A DNA stretch of 64,000 bases from Candidatus Bathyarchaeia archaeon (GCA_050012755.1 JBEKGO010000001.1:63545-127544); one strand, 5' to 3'. Shown: positions 1 to 11,184, counted from the first letter of the stretch. The notes: generated by a model from the sequence alone, not told the origin. Made by a program: numbers and translations.

Positions 1-195
1 TATGTTAGGTCAAGCCAAAAATACGGGTTCTCTTTGAAAGACACGATTACCACAAATGGGGCATTCGGAATAGAATCAGCAAAATTCGTCTTTGAATTGA
101 CACCGAAAACAGAAGGCACTATTCGATATTGTCAATATTGTGGAACAGTTAGAGATATAAGCAAAACTCCACTTTGCCCTAAATGTGGTGCGTAA
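1..195 (+). CDS. 3' end of a hypothetical protein with C-terminal zinc ribbon (partial, runs off window)
   Basis: Frame 1 is open from base 1 to TAA 193-195 and ends RYCQYCGTVRDISKTPLCPKCGA (CxxC...CxxC). Confidence 0.7.
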   Translation, partial: YVRSSQKYGFSLKDTITTNGAFGIESAKFVFELTPKTEGTIRYCQYCGTVRDISKTPLCPKCGA

Positions 196-273
196 TAGGT
201 TTTCTTATTCTGGGTATTGTAGGTTTTCACCACACATAGGACACGTTAAAGGCAGTTTCTTTTGGATTGCACC

Positions 274-582
274 TTACTCTTTGATACGGTAATATGCTAT
301 TCCTAAAATGATTAGGACAGCTATACATGAAACCGATACGATAATTCCAAGGATTCCAGCAATTACGGAAAGAACAATGCCACCAAAAATAAGGAAAGCA
401 ACAAGAGCTATAGCAACATACGCAATTGCATCTTTCTTCATCCTTATTCCATGATACGTTTTCCAACAGTCTTTGTGGAAAGGTTTGCGTTCTGAACTAA
501 AATAACCAGTTGAGACGTTCTTCATGATTAAATCTTCATCTCCAACTGCTTTCCCACAATAGTAACACTTGACTTCGCTCAT
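274..582 (-). CDS. Small membrane protein with N-terminal Zn-finger-like motif and two TM helices
   Basis: CYYCG...FHKDCW followed by two hydrophobic segments. Confidence 0.7.
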   Translation of the reverse strand: MSEVKCYYCGKAVGDEDLIMKNVSTGYFSSERKPFHKDCWKTYHGIRMKKDAIAYVAIALVAFLIFGGIVLSVIAGILGIIVSVSCIAVLIILGIAYYRIKE

Positions 583-696
583 TTTGATCGCTAAGGTTTT
601 CTATGTATCCACTTTCAATATAAAATTTTGCAAGACCTCAAACGCACAAGTCTTAAATCTGAAAAGCGCAGAAAATAGTATTCGAGTTGAATCAAT

Positions 697-1086
697 CTGA
701 GTATTGACTGGGTTCTTATTGCAACTGTGATAGGTTTTATTCCGCTTTATCTTGACCTGATATGGAGAGCGAAGGAACGCAACAAAATTGAATTAAAGCT
801 CTTACGATTTCCAGAACAGACTTTAGATTTTGATACTGTTTGGTACATACGAATTTTGCATCCAAGTAAACCTATTGAGCATTGCTCTGTCTCTTATAAT
901 GGTGTTAAACTTTCTTGGTCAGATATGGTTTTGGATCATTACGAAAAATATATTGACGCCATGAGTGGAGATAATATACAATTGCCAAAGGGAATTCCAA
1001 AGGAAGACGCAATAGTTGTAGTTAGAGATGGTCAAAAAATTCTTCGAAAGAAGAGATTTAGAGATATACCTATAGTTCCAACATGA
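697..1086 (+). CDS. Hypothetical protein with N-terminal TM helix (probable CTG start at 697; ORF track starts at 727)
   Basis: In-frame CTG AGT ATT GAC at 697 gives MSIDWVLIATVIG, downstream of TCTTAAAT and GAGTTGA, mirroring the next gene. Confidence 0.6.
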   Translation: MSIDWVLIATVIGFIPLYLDLIWRAKERNKIELKLLRFPEQTLDFDTVWYIRILHPSKPIEHCSVSYNGVKLSWSDMVLDHYEKYIDAMSGDNIQLPKGIPKEDAIVVVRDGQKILRKKRFRDIPIVPT

Positions 1087-1144
1087 ACATTGAGACGTAT
1101 AATCTTAAATCTAAACAAAATAGAAATAGGGCTGAGGTGAAAAA

Positions 1145-1372
1145 ATGAGTATAGATAGTGAGATTTTAAAACAATTAAAAACTAAAAAAATACGCGTAGA
1201 AACTAACAGAGAAATAATTAAGAAAGTAATTAAAGACAAATTTGGCTATGAATTGCCACTTGAAAAGAGTACATATCTTAAAACAAGTGATTCAGGTAGA
1301 GAAAATTTAGAACGTATGGTTAATGTTCTCTTTGAGGCATTAGCCGAAGCTGTAGAGGAAATACCTGTTTAG
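1145..1372 (+). CDS. Small hypothetical protein
   Basis: ATG preceded by RBS GAGGTGA and TATA-like TCTTAAAT. Confidence 0.65.
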   Translation: MSIDSEILKQLKTKKIRVETNREIIKKVIKDKFGYELPLEKSTYLKTSDSGRENLERMVNVLFEALAEAVEEIPV

Positions 1373-1568
1373 CTAAGTTTCCAGAGACATTAGAGCATAG
1401 AGCTTAAGTAAGAAAAGATTATAGTTTAGCTATCATAGTAAAGAAAGGGCATTGAATTAGACGGATTGTGAAACATGAGAACAACCTATTTCAACAAAAA
1501 AGAATACCAATATCAAGAATCTCGCCATGCTAAAATGTTTCAGCGCCTTCTTTGCTCAGAGAGTTTAC

Positions 1569-2609
1569 ATGCCGTACAATGAATTAAGAAAAGATTATTT
1601 GCTGAACCGCTGGGTTGTAATCGCGACGGAAAGAAGTCGCAGACCCACCGATTTCGTCAAACAAAAAGCTGAAACTGCCCAGACAACAGTTTGCCCGATG
1701 TGCGTTGGCAACGAGCACTTAACGCCGCCAGCCACGATGCTTTATCTTAAAGAGAACGATGGAATAAATGTGGCTCAGGACCCGCTGGTTGGCAAGCGCC
1801 CGACAAATTGGCTTATCCGTGTTATACCAAACCTTTACCCAGCCTTCAGCCCCCCAAAACAACCCGAAGATACAACACAAATTTTCAAGAGTGAATGCTT
1901 AGGAGATGCAATCGGGGGTCATGAAGTTATTGTAGAATCGCCTAATCATGATGAGGACCCGGCTGACGCTGAACTGCCACAGCTGGAATTGGTCATCCAT
2001 GCCTACATCGATAGGCTCAGAGAGTTAAGCGCAAAGCCTTATGTCAAATATGTTTCAATTTTTAGGAATTTTGGCAAAGAAGCTGGCGCCTCAATGTCTC
2101 ACGCCCACAGTCAAGTAATCGCAACTCCTATGGTTCCCTCGCTTGTCCAAGATGAAATGGATGCAAGCAAAGCATGCTACAGAGAGCACAGGCGATGTGT
2201 TTTCTGCAACATATTGGAAAAGGAATCGAAGGATTCAAGGCTTGTTTATGACAGCCCTGATTTCGTGGTGTTTGCTCCTTTTGCAAGCATTTGCCCGATG
2301 GAGTTTTGGATTGTACCTAGGAAACACGCTGCAAACATCCTTGACTTGGATGCGGCTGAAGTGTCTGCGTTCGCCAAAACTCTCAAATTGAGCCTCAAAG
2401 CGCTGAAAGACGTTGTCAACGACCCGCCCTACAACTACGGAATACACCTAGCCATCGATAAAGCAGCGGAAAACTACTACCATTGGCATTTAGAAGTTTA
2501 TCCTAAATTGTCAATTTGGGCAGGCTTCGAACTCAACACAGGAATATACATTAATACGGTCACACCTGAAACCGCTGCGGAAAGCATGCGAAAAACAATA
2601 ACGCCCTAA
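1569..2609 (+). CDS. galT: Galactose-1-phosphate uridylyltransferase (GalT family)
   Basis: ELRKDYL..RWVVIATERSRRP N-terminus, CPMC, active-site GASMSHAHSQ, HWHLEVYP; likely start ATG 1569. Confidence 0.92.
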   Translation: MPYNELRKDYLLNRWVVIATERSRRPTDFVKQKAETAQTTVCPMCVGNEHLTPPATMLYLKENDGINVAQDPLVGKRPTNWLIRVIPNLYPAFSPPKQPEDTTQIFKSECLGDAIGGHEVIVESPNHDEDPADAELPQLELVIHAYIDRLRELSAKPYVKYVSIFRNFGKEAGASMSHAHSQVIATPMVPSLVQDEMDASKACYREHRRCVFCNILEKESKDSRLVYDSPDFVVFAPFASICPMEFWIVPRKHAANILDLDAAEVSAFAKTLKLSLKALKDVVNDPPYNYGIHLAIDKAAENYYHWHLEVYPKLSIWAGFELNTGIYINTVTPETAAESMRKTITP

Positions 2610-4678
2610 ATTCCCAAAATCTCTTTTGCATGTAATGGTTTGACCATTAATACGTCTTCTACATAGGCTCGGAGGGGCTCGGATACGCTCCAAGCCTGCG
2701 AGATACAACCCCTCGGTGCGTTTGGCCTGTCGCAATCGTAAATTTCATTTATCGTTCCTAACCCGTCTTGATGAATTCCAACTGTAAAGAGGGGCAAAAC
2801 TAGATTGTCTAAAGCATATTCCCGAGATTTAGCGTTGTAACCGTTCACTTTCAAGTGTGCTGAGACATAAGGTCCCAGTAGCCAAGGCCAAATTGTGCCG
2901 TTATGGTAAGCTTTATCTCGGCTTCGGCGGTTACCGAAACATTTGCCAGCAAATTTGGGATCATCTAAGGATAGGGTTCTCAAGCCGAAAGGCGTCAAAA
3001 GTTCACGGTTTGCCACTTTAACGACTTTTGCGCTTTTTTCTGGGTCAAGCATTATGTAATCCAGTGAAACGGCAAATATCTGGTTGGGTCGAAGTGATGC
3101 ATCTGTTGCTTTGGCATCTAGGACATCAAATAGGCAGCCATCGTTGGGATTCCAGAATTTTTCGTTGAAACTTTTGCTGGTTTTGTTTGCCATTGCACCG
3201 TATTTTTCAGCTAAGGAGGGATCACCAAGCTTGTTGGCTATTAGCTCCATGGTTCTCAGGGCGTTGTACCATAAGGCTTGGATTTCCACTGCTTTTCCAG
3301 TTCGAGGAGTAATTTCGTGACCGTCAACCGAAGCATCCATCCATGTAAGTTGAGAACCATGCATTATTAAGCCGTCATCATCCAAGTGAATGCCAAATAA
3401 TGTGCCCTTTTGGTGGTACTCTATTATTGATTGAAGGCTTTCCCAGAGTTTTTCTTTAACGAAAACAAAATCGCCCGTGTATTTCAGGTATTGGAGCACC
3501 GCATTAACATACCAGAAGGTGCCGTCAACTGTGTTATAAGCTGGCTCGCCAGTCTTGTCTGTAACAAAGTTAGGAATCAAGCCTCCTTTGCAATATTGAA
3601 TGAAGTTCTGTAGTATGTTTTTTGCTTCGCCGAACCTTCCAATTACAAGCAACAACCCCGGAAGTGAGACAAAGGTATCTCTTCCCCATGTTTCAAACCA
3701 GTGGTAGCCGGCAATGATTGATTTTTGTCCATCTGTGTTTTCAACAACAAAGGAGTCTGTGGCTAAGAGAATCCAGTTTAGCCAATCACTTATGGGTACC
3801 TTAGCGTGTAACCGATAAAAGTCATCTATGAGTTCATTCTGTCGATTCACTACTTCTGTAAAAACGTCAGCGCTAACAAATGTGTTTCCGAGAGAATATA
3901 AGAAATCCCTCGCTGTTTGGGTCTCACGATCAACGAAGGCAGTTATCGCAAACTGTTTCTCAGCTAGGGCTGGAAGCAGCAATTCAAAATATCCTGGCTG
4001 AAAACAATCATCTTTACTGCTTTCTTCCCGTTCTGCTTCATCACGGTAGAACAAACGATCCACCCAGTTTAGTTTCTCTTTGAATTCGCCGTCAGATGTT
4101 TGGCAAATAAATGTGGCTTGTGGATTCTGGAAGATTATTTCAAACTCTTTATTTCCGCTTTTTTGCGTAAAATTCCGAGGGTTTTTTCGTCGATCAACCA
4201 CATTGTGGAAGTATCTACAGGTTAAGAGGGGATAAATCCTAAATTCAATATTAAAATTGTTCTGATTATTGACTTTGTAAATGGTCGAAACAACATTCTT
4301 GTTTTTTGGCATGAAAATGGTTTTTTCAATTTTGATGCTGCCGAGCTCATAAGAGTATTTTGGATAAGGTGCGATTGAAAACTCCTTTATCAGCTTGTAA
4401 CCTTGGGGGTAGATTACATCATGGAAATCGTTTGCGCCTAATCTGTAAATATCCTTGCCGACAATTACGTCTTCATCGAGTTTTGACAGGCAAACGGTGC
4501 GGTCGCCAGGTGGATTTAACGCAGCAACCAGTAAACCATGGTACTTCCGTGTGTTAATACCCAAAACCGATGATGAAGCGTAACCGCCCAAGCCGTTGGT
4601 AATCAGCCATTCCCGTTCAATAACCTCGTCGAAACGTGAAAGCGCTTCATGAGTAAAGGTTATGGCGGGCAACTTCAT
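2606..4678 (-). CDS. Glycogen debranching enzyme (amylo-alpha-1,6-glucosidase, archaeal type)
   Basis: EWLITNGLGGYAS, TRKYHGLL, AGYHWFETWGRDTF, LTWMDA, YHNGTIWPWL, QAWSV motifs. Confidence 0.92.
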   Translation of the reverse strand: MKLPAITFTHEALSRFDEVIEREWLITNGLGGYASSSVLGINTRKYHGLLVAALNPPGDRTVCLSKLDEDVIVGKDIYRLGANDFHDVIYPQGYKLIKEFSIAPYPKYSYELGSIKIEKTIFMPKNKNVVSTIYKVNNQNNFNIEFRIYPLLTCRYFHNVVDRRKNPRNFTQKSGNKEFEIIFQNPQATFICQTSDGEFKEKLNWVDRLFYRDEAEREESSKDDCFQPGYFELLLPALAEKQFAITAFVDRETQTARDFLYSLGNTFVSADVFTEVVNRQNELIDDFYRLHAKVPISDWLNWILLATDSFVVENTDGQKSIIAGYHWFETWGRDTFVSLPGLLLVIGRFGEAKNILQNFIQYCKGGLIPNFVTDKTGEPAYNTVDGTFWYVNAVLQYLKYTGDFVFVKEKLWESLQSIIEYHQKGTLFGIHLDDDGLIMHGSQLTWMDASVDGHEITPRTGKAVEIQALWYNALRTMELIANKLGDPSLAEKYGAMANKTSKSFNEKFWNPNDGCLFDVLDAKATDASLRPNQIFAVSLDYIMLDPEKSAKVVKVANRELLTPFGLRTLSLDDPKFAGKCFGNRRSRDKAYHNGTIWPWLLGPYVSAHLKVNGYNAKSREYALDNLVLPLFTVGIHQDGLGTINEIYDCDRPNAPRGCISQAWSVSEPLRAYVEDVLMVKPLHAKEILGI

Positions 4679-5569
4679 TTATGGCATCAGCTTAGCTACG
4701 TTTTTGTCGCGTGGAACACAAAAATAATTTGCGACTGGGACACATTTTGTTCTAAATAAAAGCAAATGTGGTTTTGTTAATTTGTATTCAGTGAGGGTTT
4801 CAGCGTATCCCATACCTTTAGCGAAAACAAGCTCCGCAGCTTCATAAACTTTTAAAAATTCAGGCGAAACTTCTTTTTTCTGTAAACCCACCGCGTCGGT
4901 TCCTGTTGTTATAACTTCGTCGGCTAATTTGTCCATGTTTGATTGCGGCACATCATCCATGGTGGCATCGTTTATTACTGGCCCGCCTTTAACAACATAA
5001 ATTACTTTTAGACCCATATTTTTCAGCTGTTCAACAAGTAAAGTGTCGAAAACGATTTCTCCAGCATTATCCGCTAGAAAAAGAACACTATTTGCCTTCT
5101 TCGCTAACTCATAAGCCCTGTCAATATCATCAATAACTAAGTCTTTGGATGCTTCTCTGAAGCAACCTGCTAAATCGTTCAAAGTGAATTTGTGTCCTGG
5201 AATGTCAAACTCCATAATGTTTCCGACAATGGCGCATAGGCATGCTTTTTTGAATCGTTCCTGCTGGTTATTGCCTGCTTCCACCAGTTTTTTTGCGTGC
5301 GGGAGCATCTTGAGTGCTTTCTCGTTAGCCAATCTTTTAGTTCGCTGATAAGGGTCGTTGTTGCATGTTAGCTGTTTTATTATGTGGTCTCTTTTAGTGC
5401 CTAAATCCGCAGCGACTGAAGTAGATTTGAACTCTCGATTTAACAATTTAACTATTTCAGCTAGGCATCTGAAGCGTAATGCAGGGTTTGTTGTGGCTTG
5501 ATATGTTGCGACCTGCCCCCTCGATAGTAAACATGATTCACATTCAGCTTCAACTTTCAAAGCATTCAC
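4679..5569 (-). CDS. DUF89/ARMT1-like damage-control phosphatase
   Basis: N-terminal CxxC, GNIMEF, DNAGEIVFD, NDAT, KGMG and KCVPVA motifs. Confidence 0.88.
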   Translation of the reverse strand: MNALKVEAECESCLLSRGQVATYQATTNPALRFRCLAEIVKLLNREFKSTSVAADLGTKRDHIIKQLTCNNDPYQRTKRLANEKALKMLPHAKKLVEAGNNQQERFKKACLCAIVGNIMEFDIPGHKFTLNDLAGCFREASKDLVIDDIDRAYELAKKANSVLFLADNAGEIVFDTLLVEQLKNMGLKVIYVVKGGPVINDATMDDVPQSNMDKLADEVITTGTDAVGLQKKEVSPEFLKVYEAAELVFAKGMGYAETLTEYKLTKPHLLLFRTKCVPVANYFCVPRDKNVAKLMP

Positions 5570-5574
5570 ACAAT

Positions 5575-6288
<714 letters not shown>

Positions 6289-6351
6289 TTACTAATATGA
6301 TTTGCCTTAGAAAAATGTGATGAAGATATATTTTAAATAAAAATCAAAGAG

Positions 6352-8034
6352 TTAAGGTGCTGATGTTTTGGCTTGTAGGACAGCCCTCTTAGTAATATCT
6401 TCCGTTAGCATACCGATTAGATGACCGTTTTTAACCATAAAAGCCCGTTTCATACCTTTCTCGTTCATCAGTTTCATGGCTGAAATCATGGATTCTTCTC
6501 CATGCAATACTATGAGCGGCGTGTAGTTGAGGTCTTTGACTAGTGTCTTCTTAGGGTCCTTGTGCTCTTCGACTATGTCTCTTAAAATGTCTTTGTCATT
6601 TATTACTCCAATTGGCTGATGGTTCTCAATTATTAAAACAGAAGCAACTCCATTTTGAAGCATTTTATTGACCAGTTTAGTTACTGTTTCGGAGATTGAT
6701 ACTTCAACTGAGGGAAGTTTAGTGCCGGCTTGGTCGCTGATTTCTGAAATATCGATGCCTCTCTTCCAAATATCGTTAAGCATTTCGCTTACTCTTTCAA
6801 TCTGACTAGGATCAGTAGAGTACATTGTATCAACCAAAGAGAGCGCGGATTCGGTCTCAAAATCGCTCAAGGGCGGCATCTTGAACATGAAGAGGTATTT
6901 GTTGTCAACAAGCATCATTGTCAGATAACTGATTGGCACATGCTTGATTTCATAATTTGCTGAAAGTTTTTGTGCTGGCTCAAGATTGTCAAGGTCGATT
7001 GACGCCATTATTCTAACATCTAAGTCTTTATTTAGGTACTTTACTAATGGGTCATTTTCAGCGAGACGGCTGATGCTTTGGGATGTTGTAATTAGAACAA
7101 TTTCTTTTTTTGCAGATTCCAGAACCTTTGTCACTTTGTTCCAAGCTTCGTCAGCGTCTTTGATAACCAATGTTTCGCCTATGGGTATTCCAGTTTTTAG
7201 CTCGTCAATTCGTCTTGAAGCATCAATTCCGCTTTGCCACATTTGAACAAAAAAGGCTTTCAGAACCGAAATGAACATTTTATCGTTAATCCATAAACCT
7301 TCATCTTCCAAATTCAAAACGGATGCTTCGTTGCCGAAGGGAGCATACAGCATAGCTTCTTCTTCATCTTTAATTAGAAAGCGTGGGAAAAATTTGGAGC
7401 TCATGCCCACGTGGCGAAGCTTCATATTTAATTTTTCTTCAGCGATAGTACTATCTAGTCTCTCTGTAACTTTGAGGTTTTCATGGGAAATGTCAGTTAT
7501 AATTTGAAATTGAACTTTTCTTTCTTGGGAAGAGACTGCAGCTGTATCAAAAATTCCAGCTATGTCTTCTTGAATTAGACCTAAAGCTGTTGTTAAAATT
7601 GTTACTTCAGTTTTTGATTCTTCAATCATGGATAGCATTTTTGAATGAATTTTCTTTTTTCCCGTAATAATTGAGAATTTAGCGACTGGATATTCAGATT
7701 CAGGAGCACTAATTGATTGCCAAGCCGTTAGCAGGCCTGATTTCTGATCGCTTAGGCTGGTAACTTCATTCTTTTTGGCGTTAATGAATTGGTCAACCAG
7801 TGCTTCAAAAGGAACAATCGTAAACCGCGTTGGCCTTTCCAATGTTGCTTCGATAAAGCCTTTTTCTTGCAGTTTTTTGAAAGTTCGGTACGCTTGTACC
7901 CGTTCCATCTTAAGTCTTTTAGCCACAAAGCTTGTTGATTGTACGCCGCTTTTGGCAAGAAACATGTAAACTTGTATTTCTCGCTTTGACAAACCGAGAA
8001 TCTGAAGGAATTTGGTAACATCCTTTTCACTCAA
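6352..8034 (-). CDS. TrmB-family transcriptional regulator (wHTH + two PLD-fold effector domains + CBS domains)
   Basis: LGLSKREIQVY...YRTFKKLQEKGFI TrmB HTH; repeated 'ESAKKEIVL...MLVDNK' effector units; C-terminal IGVINDKDIL / IGMLTE CBS motifs. Confidence 0.85.
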   Translation of the reverse strand: MSEKDVTKFLQILGLSKREIQVYMFLAKSGVQSTSFVAKRLKMERVQAYRTFKKLQEKGFIEATLERPTRFTIVPFEALVDQFINAKKNEVTSLSDQKSGLLTAWQSISAPESEYPVAKFSIITGKKKIHSKMLSMIEESKTEVTILTTALGLIQEDIAGIFDTAAVSSQERKVQFQIITDISHENLKVTERLDSTIAEEKLNMKLRHVGMSSKFFPRFLIKDEEEAMLYAPFGNEASVLNLEDEGLWINDKMFISVLKAFFVQMWQSGIDASRRIDELKTGIPIGETLVIKDADEAWNKVTKVLESAKKEIVLITTSQSISRLAENDPLVKYLNKDLDVRIMASIDLDNLEPAQKLSANYEIKHVPISYLTMMLVDNKYLFMFKMPPLSDFETESALSLVDTMYSTDPSQIERVSEMLNDIWKRGIDISEISDQAGTKLPSVEVSISETVTKLVNKMLQNGVASVLIIENHQPIGVINDKDILRDIVEEHKDPKKTLVKDLNYTPLIVLHGEESMISAMKLMNEKGMKRAFMVKNGHLIGMLTEDITKRAVLQAKTSAP

Positions 8035-8090
8035 TCAAGTAACCGCCGATTAGAACAGTTATAATTGGTAGTAAGCGATGCAATTCCACA

Positions 8091-8172
8091 TTTATATAAC
8101 TACTGTCTATTTGTAGACGTTTTGTCAAACGACTTGACTACAACTGTGACGTTTTCGCGTTGACAAGATGAC
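8091..8172 (-). promoter_or_regulatory. Promoter of the TrmB-like gene with GTC-N8/9-GAC inverted repeats
   Basis: TTTATATAA at 8091; GTCTA-tttg-TAGAC at 8105-8118 and GTCAA-acgac-TTGAC at 8124-8138. Confidence 0.45.
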
Positions 8173-8834
8173 TAAGCAAGCTTGTGCTGTAAAAAGCTGC
8201 GCTCGCTCTTTGCCTTTTTCGCCGGCTTCCATGACTTCCTAACAAAATCAGGATAATCCTCATTTTTCTCCAGCAGCATTTTAAGAAAAACCATCGTTTT
8301 TTCATCTGTTAAATATCCGCTGCCGAAGTCGCCGTGTTCAAGCCTTAAGATTGCAACTTCTCTGTCGCGCTCGACCTTAGCTATGATTGAGGCCGCTGAA
8401 ACAATCGGATAAATCCTGTCAGCCTTATGTTTGGAAATGATCCTGGTTTCAATTTTTAAACATTCTTTAATATGGTTTCCAAAGCGATGTTCAACAGTGT
8501 CAGCCGCGTCAACGTATGCTTCGTCAGGCTTCAGAACTTCAATAACTTGAGCCATCGTTTGGGCCTCAAGCCTGTTCAGTTTGTGCAGTTTTCTGAGGCT
8601 TTCAACTACTTTATCAATTTGGTAGGGCATGACTTTTATGGTGTGATATTTTTCGACTAATTGTAGAATTACTGGGTACAGGAGCTCACGTTTTTCAGCT
8701 GTAAGAAGTTTTGAGTCTTTGACGCCCAGTTCAGTCAGGATGGAGAGGTTTTCAGCTTTCATCAATACGCCAGCAACTACTAAAGGACCGATAACGCATC
8801 CTCGCCCAGCTTCGTCAACACCAGCAATCAACAT
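8172..8834 (-). CDS. rnhB: Ribonuclease HII
   Basis: GVDEAGRG, VKDSK, VSAASIIAKV, GSGY motifs. Confidence 0.96.
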   Translation of the reverse strand: MLIAGVDEAGRGCVIGPLVVAGVLMKAENLSILTELGVKDSKLLTAEKRELLYPVILQLVEKYHTIKVMPYQIDKVVESLRKLHKLNRLEAQTMAQVIEVLKPDEAYVDAADTVEHRFGNHIKECLKIETRIISKHKADRIYPIVSAASIIAKVERDREVAILRLEHGDFGSGYLTDEKTMVFLKMLLEKNEDYPDFVRKSWKPAKKAKSERSFLQHKLA

Positions 8835-8998
8835 TCTAGCTTTTCATCCTTAAACTATCAATGCCCTAAATGTAATCTAAGCTATATTGCTTTTCCAAGA
8901 AATATTTTTAATTAAAAAGAAGAACTGCGAAGCAGAATGATATAAAATTTTTGATTCGGAAAGGAAGAGAGTAATTCTTGAAGTAGTGCTCTTTCGGA

Positions 8999-9697
8999 TC
9001 AGCTTCGTTGGGCAACTATCATGGCATGTGCCTTGTCAAAAGGCTCCAAATTCACAACTTCTTTAACTTCAAAGCCTCTCTTCCGCAAAACATTCGCTTC
9101 CTGGCGATAAACATCATCAGGATACATGGTGACATCGATACTCTGCGATTTCACAGCAAGCATAACCCAACCGCCTGGTTTCAGGAAGACATCGGCGTTG
9201 TCAGCCAAAAGTTTTGCTTGTTCAGGCTGCGCCACATCACAGTAGATAGTATCTACTTTGCCCGAGATGAACATGGCGTACCTTTCGGGCATCCGAGCGT
9301 CTTCCAACAGCGGGGAAATGTTAGGTCTGAAAGTTGCAACATTATTAACTAAATCTCGAATTGACCGCTGAGCAAATTCAACGCAGTAAACATATCCGCC
9401 TTCGCCCACAATGTCTGAAACATGGCTAGGAGTTGTTCCTGAAGCAGCTCCCAAATAGAGAACTTTAGAGCCAGGCTCTATTGGCACATTTTGCAGACCT
9501 TTAATGATGGCAGCGGCTAATTTGCTTCTGAAAGCATCCCAAACACGATATTCAACGCTTCTAAATTTAAGCAGCCGTTCACCATAAACGTTCAAGCCAG
9601 GAGTTAAATTGCGCGTACCTAGTCGTTGCGCGCCGTCTTCAAGGGTAACTTGGTAAATTTCTTTGAATTTTGGATGCGGCCTAACCTTTACGGTCAA
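8999..9697 (-). CDS. flpA: Fibrillarin-like rRNA/tRNA 2'-O-methyltransferase
   Basis: YRVWDAFRSKLAAAI, VLYLGAASGTTPSHVSD, DVAQPEQ. Confidence 0.96.
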   Translation of the reverse strand: MTVKVRPHPKFKEIYQVTLEDGAQRLGTRNLTPGLNVYGERLLKFRSVEYRVWDAFRSKLAAAIIKGLQNVPIEPGSKVLYLGAASGTTPSHVSDIVGEGGYVYCVEFAQRSIRDLVNNVATFRPNISPLLEDARMPERYAMFISGKVDTIYCDVAQPEQAKLLADNADVFLKPGGWVMLAVKSQSIDVTMYPDDVYRQEANVLRKRGFEVKEVVNLEPFDKAHAMIVAQRS

Positions 9698-10989
9698 CGC
9701 CGTTCTCTTCTCCGATTCCTATCTCTATGCGGCCCACTATTGCTTCTGAAAGGTCGCCCTCCGCCTTCTCGTGGCCTGAATGGGCGTTCTCCAAATTGTT
9801 CCCTTCCTTCCTGTCGGGGTTTAGGTTCTTTTGGTGGCGGCGGCTCCTTGTATTTTTCACGGATTTCTTCTAGTCGCTTGTTTACGTCTGCTTTTAATCG
9901 GTCGCCGATGTAGTGACCCCCGAAAGCGTCAGCTCTGGCGGCAATTGCTAGTTTTCCAGCGATTACTCTTGCGATTTTTCCTCTTTGCCATCTTTTAGCG
10001 TCATGCAAAAGTGTATGCTGGAAGATTAGGCCGTGCTTTGGTGGTCGGGCACCAGTTTTTAGTGAACGGAAAAGTGCTTTTTCTGCGCCTAGAACCTGTA
10101 TAGTGCTTGCTGGTCTCATGGCTAAATTCTGCAAACTGCCTGCGATAGCGATTAGTCGTGCTCCCAGAAGTGCACCTGCAACTGCCCGTACGTTGGGCGC
10201 CATCTCTTCCATAGTTCTGTCAACGTAATTATCCATATTTTTGCGGAGTTCATAAAATGAAAGCACGTTTTTGGCTAATTCTTGTATCTGCTGTAGATCT
10301 CTTTCTGCGATGTCTGCGCCCATGGATGATTCAGCAGCTTTCGCAACCAATTGGGCTCGTTCTTTGGGGATATTTTCTTTCTCTAAGCCCTCAATTGTGT
10401 AGTTTTCTCTGTCGCCTAAATTCATGGCGAGTCTAGAGTAAGTTTCATGTTTCTCGATCAAACGATCAAGCTCAGGGAAATACACTCCGTACCATTCTCT
10501 AAGTCTGCCCATGAATAAGTTAACAGTGCGGTCCAAATCATCTAACGTTTGTATGCCTTGGGCGACAATTAAGTCTCTTTTTTCTGAAGCTCCCTTGATT
10601 CGCAGTTTGGCAAGCTCCATGCTAACGTTGCGATTCCACAAGCTAAGTTCCGCTTCGTCATTGACAAAACCTGATTCAACAGCGACCTCATTCATACGGG
10701 AACGGAGAACTTCTGCTTCAGCGGGTTTTACAACTTCCACCGTCACATTCATTTTTCGCTGAACTTCTTCTGCCAAATTAGCTTTTTCGAAAACAAAAGT
10801 GTCATAGCCTGAACCTTTTAGAATTGAAATTAATGAGAAAACTTCATCAGACATTTTTCCAGCTTCAGCCTTAAGCAAGCTTCTTGCTGCAGCCTGTGGT
10901 TTTTTTGGAAACAGAACTTTTTCAACTAAGCTGTTTTTGTCGTCGAAAGCTGCTATGCCAAACGGAAATTGAATTAGGAATGTTTTCAT
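9694..10989 (-). CDS. nop5: C/D box RNP core protein Nop5 (Nop56/58)
   Basis: RLREWYGVYFPEL, PASTIQVLGAEKALF, PPKHGLIFQH; overlaps fibrillarin by 4 bp. Confidence 0.95.
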   Translation of the reverse strand: MKTFLIQFPFGIAAFDDKNSLVEKVLFPKKPQAAARSLLKAEAGKMSDEVFSLISILKGSGYDTFVFEKANLAEEVQRKMNVTVEVVKPAEAEVLRSRMNEVAVESGFVNDEAELSLWNRNVSMELAKLRIKGASEKRDLIVAQGIQTLDDLDRTVNLFMGRLREWYGVYFPELDRLIEKHETYSRLAMNLGDRENYTIEGLEKENIPKERAQLVAKAAESSMGADIAERDLQQIQELAKNVLSFYELRKNMDNYVDRTMEEMAPNVRAVAGALLGARLIAIAGSLQNLAMRPASTIQVLGAEKALFRSLKTGARPPKHGLIFQHTLLHDAKRWQRGKIARVIAGKLAIAARADAFGGHYIGDRLKADVNKRLEEIREKYKEPPPPKEPKPRQEGREQFGERPFRPREGGGRPFRSNSGPHRDRNRRRERR

Positions 10990-11184
10990 GTTTTGAGCCC
11001 CGATAAACTAAGTATTGTCACTGCTCTAACTTAATAAACCGTTATGTTGCCCTAAATCGAAAGAACCGTATTTTTCATAGCTATTGAGAATTCTCGCTTT
11101 GTTTATTTGACAAACATATTGTTTTGAAGATTCGCAGGATGAAAGTCTAAACATCCAAAAAAGTAGGTTTAATCTTATTGGCGC

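Noticed and set aside
196-273. Integron attC site between small ORFs
   Set aside because: No RYYYAAC...GTTRRRY pair or extended hairpin visible.
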